Shown here: positions 57,503-64,000 of the stretch, in pieces
Position numbering within the stretch: position 1 is the first letter of the stretch
Layout of the letters: every line of letters starts with the position of its first letter
Assembly: GCA_964016885.1 (NCBI GenBank)
Contig: OZ024750.1
Location: 33,542,001-33,606,000 of the forward strand
Direction of reading: 5' to 3'
DNA from: Eledone cirrhosa
Taxonomy: Eukaryota
DNA: 64,000 nucleotides
Program-made: the position numbers and the translations under genes
Notes under the pieces: model-generated
The model's database searches: none
The model's input: only the letters and a program-made list of their open reading frames with translations
Told to the model about the DNA's origin: nothing

Positions 57503-58872
57503 TTCGCCTAATCAATAACCAATCGATCGACAGAATTCGTGTTCCAGTCCGTTTCGGCTATGACAGTGAATGTGACGGTCAATACAGTAAAACATTAGCA
57601 ACAGAAATCCTTACGCGTCATCACCATGCCGTCAACCGATTGGCTACAGGTTTAGAAAGGTACGTGACGATAGGAGACGAAATTCAAATAATTCCGCTCC
57701 CGCCATAAGCACTCAGCCAACAAATCTCAAACACAAATTAACAAGTGAGTGAAAAGTCGGTTATTAGAAAAAATCAGTCTCCAATCGGGGCACAATAGAA
57801 TGGTAGCATTCGGCTCTAGTCTTCAAGTCCCATGGCGAGAAATAGTGCGACAGTAAAAAAAGTACCGGTCTAGTTCTGGGATCGATTTTCTCACAGATGG
57901 CGACGGACTGGCAGAGTAATTAGAAAGCTGGATAGAATGGTTTGTTGTATCCCTTCTAGCTTTCTGCTTTTTGAGGTTGAGAAAATGATTTCATTATTTT
58001 TAAACTAACGATATGAACTTGAAAACATTTCTTTACAATCAAAGCATTCTAGCCATGAAAACCCAATTCTATTTTCAGATAACCTTTCCGGACATTAAAT
58101 GCCAACCGGTGATTAGACAGCGATGTATATATATCTATATATATCTATATATATCTATATATATATATATGTATTGTATTGTACCAGCTTTCTAAAACTT
58201 ATCAATCATCTATATTGACACTTAAAAGTTGTTCCACATATCATCAAATATCAAAATCTTAAAGAGATAATTCTGGTAAAATCTTAAATTGTAGAATAAT
58301 TTTAAAACCTAAATAAAGATAGTTGATGAAAACAATTTATTTCCAACAAATTGTTATCTCTGCCTCCAGAATATTACAATGATAGGCGTTTAAATGGAAA
58401 AGGCCGCGGGCGTTCATTCCTGCTGATTATCAGTGCATTGCAAGGCTTTATGATGCTGCCTTTTATCGTTATAGAATGACTACGTCTATCTAATTGTATG
58501 TAAGCAGAAGCAATTTTGTAGGTAATTAAAGACACGTTCGCGCATATGAATGATATTATTTTTTCTGAGAAATAGGATTGTCCTCTGCCCTATTTTAGCT
58601 TTCCTACATTGCAAGTAGAAGATTATTAAATCTGATATTTCTTTGTAGTTGATGTGAATAGCTATAGCTTTAGCTGTTGTTTAGTAATTAAGAACAGGCG
58701 GAAGAGACGTCCGTTTAAATGAAATAGAGAATAAATTACATAAACGATTGCTTCTCTATAGTAGGAAGGTTACTTTAATGTTCAGTGGCGTACTTACACA
58801 CACACACACACACACACATACACACATACACACATACACATATATATATATCTATATATATGTATATATATA

Positions 58873-59126
58873 ACGGAGGAGTTGTGGTAAGGAACCAGAT
58901 GGACCATAACACACCAGAGTACTCAATACTTAGAGTAGTAGAGTGGGTAATAGGAGAAAGTATGATCCGACGGCAGAGCTCAAGCCGTTTCGACGGCTAT
59001 TTCTGGACTAAAGTAAGAGTTTTTTTAGTCTAAAGAGATTTTTAGACTAAAAAAACTATTACTTTAGTGCAGAAATAGCCGTCGAAACGGCTTGAGCTCT
59101 GCCGTCAGGGTCATGCTTTCTCCTAT
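58873..59126. mobile_element. Fold-back element, family H (about 85-bp arms)
   Basis: Family leader; arms about 58949-59032 and 59040-59126; (TA)n on both flanks. Confidence 0.85.
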
Positions 59127-59313
59127 ATTTATATATATATATATATATATAAGAGGAGGTTATAGTTTACTTGAAGCATTGTGTAATGAGGTATAAACGT
59201 TTGAATATGTATAATAAAGCCAAAACAATGCAGGTATGGACATAGAAAAAAGAATGCAATTGCAAAAGATATTGTTGACAATTCGTCTTTTACCTTAGAT
59301 TTATTTTAAATGT

Positions 59314-59348
59314 CCTTAATTTTCGAGATAATATCTCTTCTTCAGAGG
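59314..59348 (-). ncRNA. Ultra-minimal hammerhead motif
   Basis: Reverse complement: cct CTGAAGA a gaga tatta tctc GAAA at TA agg. Confidence 0.55.
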
Positions 59349-59483
59349 GAAATAAAGGTCTCAAACCAGCGTTCTAAATATCTTGCCAAGCCATATATAT
59401 ATATTTATATATATATAAACAAGAAGAAAATTTTGCTCTACATGGCTGAATACAATAAATGTAATCTGAGTTTTTCGAATATT

Positions 59484-59656
59484 AATAATTGTTTCTACTT
59501 TTGGCACAAGGTCAGCAATTACCCAGTAAATTACTGGTACTTTATTTTATCGAACCCGTAAGGCTGAAAGGCAAAGTTAACCTCGGCGGGATTTGAACTC
59601 AGAATGGTAAGGGCCGTAACTCTATGCGTCAAAGCATGGCGTCCGACCCTCTACCG
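59484..59656 (-). mobile_element. SINE family 1 inserted into one arm of a fold-back (59455-59814)
   Basis: Left arm ataaatgtaat..gaatattaataa | SINE | acattcgattcgtttgcaatt is matched by the uninterrupted right arm at 59758-59814. Confidence 0.88.
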
Positions 59657-59808
59657 AACATTCGATTCGTTTGCAATTGTGTTCGCATGCCAACACAAGA
59701 GCAAAAATGAAGTGTTCATTCTACTGACATGGCTATAAAATTGAGGCGTGTCTTCAAAATTGCAAACGAATCGAATGTTATTATTAATATTCGAAAAACT
59801 CAAATTAC

Positions 59809-59868
<60 letters not shown>

Positions 59869-59914
59869 AGTAAGTCAAACATGTAAAATTTGGCTATTGT
59901 AAATTATAAATTCT

Positions 59915-59967
59915 CTGCTATACATATTTCGGTGACAGCTATTATTGGCTGTGACCTCTTCAGGCAG
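59915..59967 (-). ncRNA. Type-I hammerhead ribozyme motif, family A-related
   Basis: Reverse complement: ctgc CTGAAGA ggt c acagcca ataa tagctgt c acc GAAA tatgta TA gcag. Confidence 0.82.
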
Positions 59968-60159
59968 TTCGAATTGCTGTGGAAAAGACAGGTACACATG
60001 TTGTTGAAGTGTGTTCCACTCTGTCAATACATAGATATGTCCAGCTCCTGTGTTTGTTGTTAGTCCTCCGAGGAACTGGAATCATATCATCCTGCGTACT
60101 TCGTCGAGTGCTCCAATCTGCATACTGAGGTGTCGGTAAACAATCAACATATACTCAAA

Positions 60160-60224
<65 letters not shown>

Positions 60225-60544
60225 CATACATATGATGGCTGCATACTCTGCTAAGCGTATTGCAATCGCTGGTCAGATTATAGAGTTTGGTGCACTTTTA
60301 GGCTACGGCCAGCCACACGAACCTGTAACATAACCTGAACAAGCAATGAGTGTGCTTTGAAGGTTTTTTTATGTTTGGAAATGCCTTGCACTCGACCAAT
60401 CCCACTCTCTGAGCATCGAAAACACTACCTGAAAAGGAGAACTGGTACACATCATCGGATGCTTCCAAAGCCGCAGGAGTTTTTTTTTCAGAGTTTCCCT
60501 CTCTTAGAAAGGTGTTGTAACAACAACTGGGTCCTTTCACTCCA

Positions 60545-60627
<83 letters not shown>

Positions 60628-60685
60628 AAGGCTCTGATACCATCAACACTATAAACACAGAGCTGGCATATCTAAGAACTGACTA

Positions 60686-60741
60686 ACTGCCTGATGAAGT
60701 CATAGCCATTCAATGGCTATCATCGAAATATATATACCAGT
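60686..60741 (+). ncRNA. Type-I hammerhead motif, family A (second copy of element 47559-47716)
   Basis: actgc CTGATGA agtcatagccattcaatggctatcatc GAAA tatata TA ccagt; element 60630-60787 lies between (TA)n tracts. Confidence 0.75.
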
Positions 60742-60782
60742 AAATAAAGGATTATGAGTTCATACAATTGACTTATGTTTCG

Positions 60783-60815
<33 letters not shown>

Positions 60816-60822
<7 letters not shown>

Positions 60823-60992
60823 AAAAAAAGGAAAAGAATGACTTCACTTGTAGCGCTAAATAATTTGATTTAATTTTATAATATTATAATATCATAGAAT
60901 TAAATCAAATTATTTAGCACTGCAAACGAAGTCATTCTTTTCCTTTTTTTCAAATATACCTAACTGTACCAAGGATCTCACATATTTTCCAA
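60816..60992. mobile_element. (TA)n-embedded fold-back element, homologous to 5655-5725
   Basis: Arms about 60816-60880 and 60890-60957; the leader matches the reverse complement of 5660-5725. Confidence 0.8.
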
Positions 60993-61014
60993 TATATATA
61001 TATATATATATATA

Positions 61015-61326
61015 TTAGAAAGTGAGGTTTTTTTTACAAAATGAAAAATAACCGAGGTGTCCTACACGAGTGAAACTATAAAGAAAAAGAGATGAAATCG
61101 AAAATGCAACTGGAGTCTTATTTTTTTTTTAAATATATATATTTATTTGGTTCCTTTACCGGTTTCGCAGTTCTTCTGCTTTTCAAACCACAGACCCTCC
61201 ATCTCAACTCATCTTTTGAAAAGCAGAAGAACTGCGAAACCGGTAAAGGAACCAAATAAATATATATATATTTTTTTTTAAATAAGACTCCAGTTGCATT
61301 TTCGATTTCATCTCTTTTTCTTTATA
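61015..61326. mobile_element. (TA)n-embedded fold-back element with a core-variant hammerhead in both arms
   Basis: Arms 61077-61187 and 61215-61326; tctt TTGAAAA gcag aagaa ctgc GAAA ccgg TA aagg at 61212-61249. Confidence 0.75.
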
Positions 61327-61334
61327 TATATATA

Positions 61335-61376
<42 letters not shown>

Positions 61377-61426
61377 GAATGTATATGCATTCATTATATA
61401 TGCGGAAAGCTGAGCCATTTACGTTG

Positions 61427-61620
61427 TAATTGTTTCTACTTTTTTGGCACAAGGCCAGCAATTATCCCAGTGCATTACTGGTACTTTATTTCATCGACCT
61501 CGTAAGGAGGAAAGGCAAAGTTAACCTCGACGGGATTTGAACTTAGACCGTAAAGGGCCGTAACTCTATGCTGTAAAGCATGGCGTCCGACCCTCTACCG
61601 ATACTGCCAATCCACTGCCC
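61427..61620 (-). mobile_element. SINE family 1, short form
   Basis: Matches the family. Confidence 0.92.
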
Positions 61621-63299
61621 TTTTACATTATAATACAAAATTAACTGTACCTGTAATTGAAAGGGTGAGCCTAGTCACACACTGAAGCTCTCTGGGATTT
61701 ATATCAAGGATACACGTATCTGTAGAGAACTCAGCCATGTATCGAGTCTGTGCGTATACACACACACACACATAAGAAGGTGCATAGCTTATTGGTTTGG
61801 GTGTTCGGCTTGTGATCATATAGTGATTTTTAACCCCGATGCTGCCTTGCCTCCTTGAGCAAGACTTTATTTCACATTACGAAGTCGATAAAATAAGGTA
61901 CCAGTTACGTACTGAGGTTGATATAATTAACTTTCCTCTATCCCAAAAATTGCTGATCTTGTGCTTAAATTAGAAACTATTGTTGATGTTTTTGAGATAT
62001 TCCTTGATTTGTAGCAGGTGAAGTTACGTGGTAAAAACATGTTTTTATGTGGAACTTCTAAATAAAAAGGTGGGAATTTAATTGTATCCATTAAATCATC
62101 TCCGTTTACAGCAAAAAAAAAAAATTTTAATTTACAACAAAATATAGTTTTTTGGCTTTTCTACCACTCGTAAACAAACAAAATTGCTACCACCTTTATA
62201 TTAAAAAAAAAAACCACCTCCAACACATTTAAAAAATTGTGCGGAAAAATACATGTTGTTTACGGGAAGTAGACTGGAAAAAAATGAAATTCAATTCTTC
62301 GGAATTATATTTATTTCACAACAAGAAATAAATAATGATTTTTGGCAGAAAATAACATAACATTTAGTAATTTAAATATCTCTAATAACGAATAAAGCAA
62401 CAACATTGTAACACTAACATGTGAACATACATAAACACTCACAGTACAAGAGATATCCATAACTCAGTCCTTTATTAAATGGATGCAGCATGGCCGAATG
62501 AATAGGAGTTCAGATTCAAATTACAAACAATTTTTTTTTTATGAATAGGAGTTCGTTTCACAATAATTAAGGCCCGGGTTCGATCCCACTGCGTGGGATT
62601 TTGAGCAAGTGCCATTTACCATAGCTCCAGGGTGACTCATGATTTGGGAGTGAAATTATGTAGACAGTAACTGCTTGAAATCCTATTGAATGGACTGTAC
62701 CTGTAAGCCATCTTTCTGAGAATTATATTAAGGGTACACGTGTCTGTGAAAAGCTCAGCCATTTATATTATTATAATACAAGATGAACTATACCTAAAAT
62801 TCAAAGGATGAGTCTTGTCCCACACTGTGTCACGCTGAATCTCCCTGAGAATTATATTAAAGTGACACGTGTCTAAAGAATCTGTATAGAAGTACAAGTT
62901 TTCATGACACCCGGACAAGAGGAAAATTCTGAAGCTGTTCTCCCTTGTGAGTTGAAAAAAAAAGATTAAGAAGGTTGCAGTGCAAGGTAAAAAGCTGTGT
63001 TAAGTCTGTGACAGTAAGACCCACTTAAGCGTTTTCTGTTCTTAAGAACAGGAAAAGCGAATGAAATGACAATAATTCAACCAGCAATGACTAGAGCCGC
63101 TTAACTTCACATTCCATCCGAGACTACTAGCTGCTTCATTTATAAACCAACAGTTGGTTGAGCCCGAGGTAAGTTGCGAATACCAGTAACACTCGTGTGA
63201 AAGGAGTTTACTAAAGACAAAATCAGTACAATTCAAGTACATGGGTAAATTAAATTGAATACATCCGCTATCAAAGTATGTGACACTATACTCCTGTTC

Positions 63300-63402
63300 G
63301 CCGAGGTTGACTTTGCCTTTCATCCTTACGGGGTCGATAAAATAAAGTACCAGTAATGCACTGGGTAATTGCTGGCCTTGTGCCTAAAGTAGAAACAATT
63401 AT
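63300..63402 (+). mobile_element. 5'-truncated SINE family 1
   Basis: Matches the family. Confidence 0.9.
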
Positions 63403-63689
63403 TATTTTTATCAATTTACATCGCTGCATTTTGCCTGTTAGTTTTCGTTTATGTCATTTTTCGCTATGTTTTTACCATGTTAAAAACATCGACTATTTTC
63501 AGCATAGAACTAAAACAGTATCATTTATCAAATCATTGCATGTTCGTAATTGTATGTGTCTATTATTAGCGACCACTTTTCTTTAATTTAGATGATTGAA
63601 TATGGAGTTTATCTTAATGATGCATGGACCCGTAAGTCCTGGGGGAGTTATGGGGGCACCGCACTGACATACGGCATATCTAGAACATC

Positions 63690-63900
63690 TTTAAATCTGG
63701 CAGAGCCCATTTCCTCTTCAGGTCTGAATACAGAAGGAGAGAAAGTGAGAGAGAACGGAAGTGAGAAAGAGATATGGAGGAAGAATCAACCGCATTACTT
63801 GAATGGTACTTTTTTATCGTGCTCGAATGAATAAAAGACTAAGTTGACCTCGGTGATATTCGAACTCAGATAGCAAAGAACCGGAACAAATACCGTAAAA
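63690..63900 (-). mobile_element. SINE family 1 variant with alternative 3' extension
   Basis: Homologous to 13390-13640. Confidence 0.7.
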
Positions 63901-64000
63901 GACGACGGAATCAGATTCAAATTACAAACAATTTTTTTTTTTTTTTTGCCCCAAGTGAGAATCTACCAATTTGCCACCCTATGTTAATGCTATAATTTCT

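Noticed and set aside
60298-60545. DIRS RNase H-like fragment (WYTSSDASKAAG)
   Set aside because: Single short motif with stops nearby; insufficient support.

Overview
AT-rich, repeat-dense eukaryotic DNA, probably intronic or intergenic. The SINE and LINE content suggests an octopus or related coleoid cephalopod (inference from repeat families). No host protein-coding exon could be supported; nearly all ORFs in the track are microsatellite or repeat artefacts. Recognisable content: about 30 copies of a tRNA-derived SINE, many with long target-site duplications; a second tRNA-SINE family; decayed RTE-type LINE pieces; a young internally deleted mariner with 103-bp inverted ends; Helitron ends; 40-bp and 46-bp minisatellites; many microsatellites; and a 200-N gap. 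The most striking signal is 11 type-I hammerhead ribozyme motifs with an intact core and pairing helices, plus several decayed ones, from at least 7 unrelated sequence families. They sit in short non-coding elements next to (TA)n tracts, often as copy-specific fold-backs, sometimes near GIY-YIG-like remnants. This looks like a diverse Penelope-like or retrozyme-like non-autonomous retroelement system. All folds and coordinates were derived by eye; ribozyme activity is untested.
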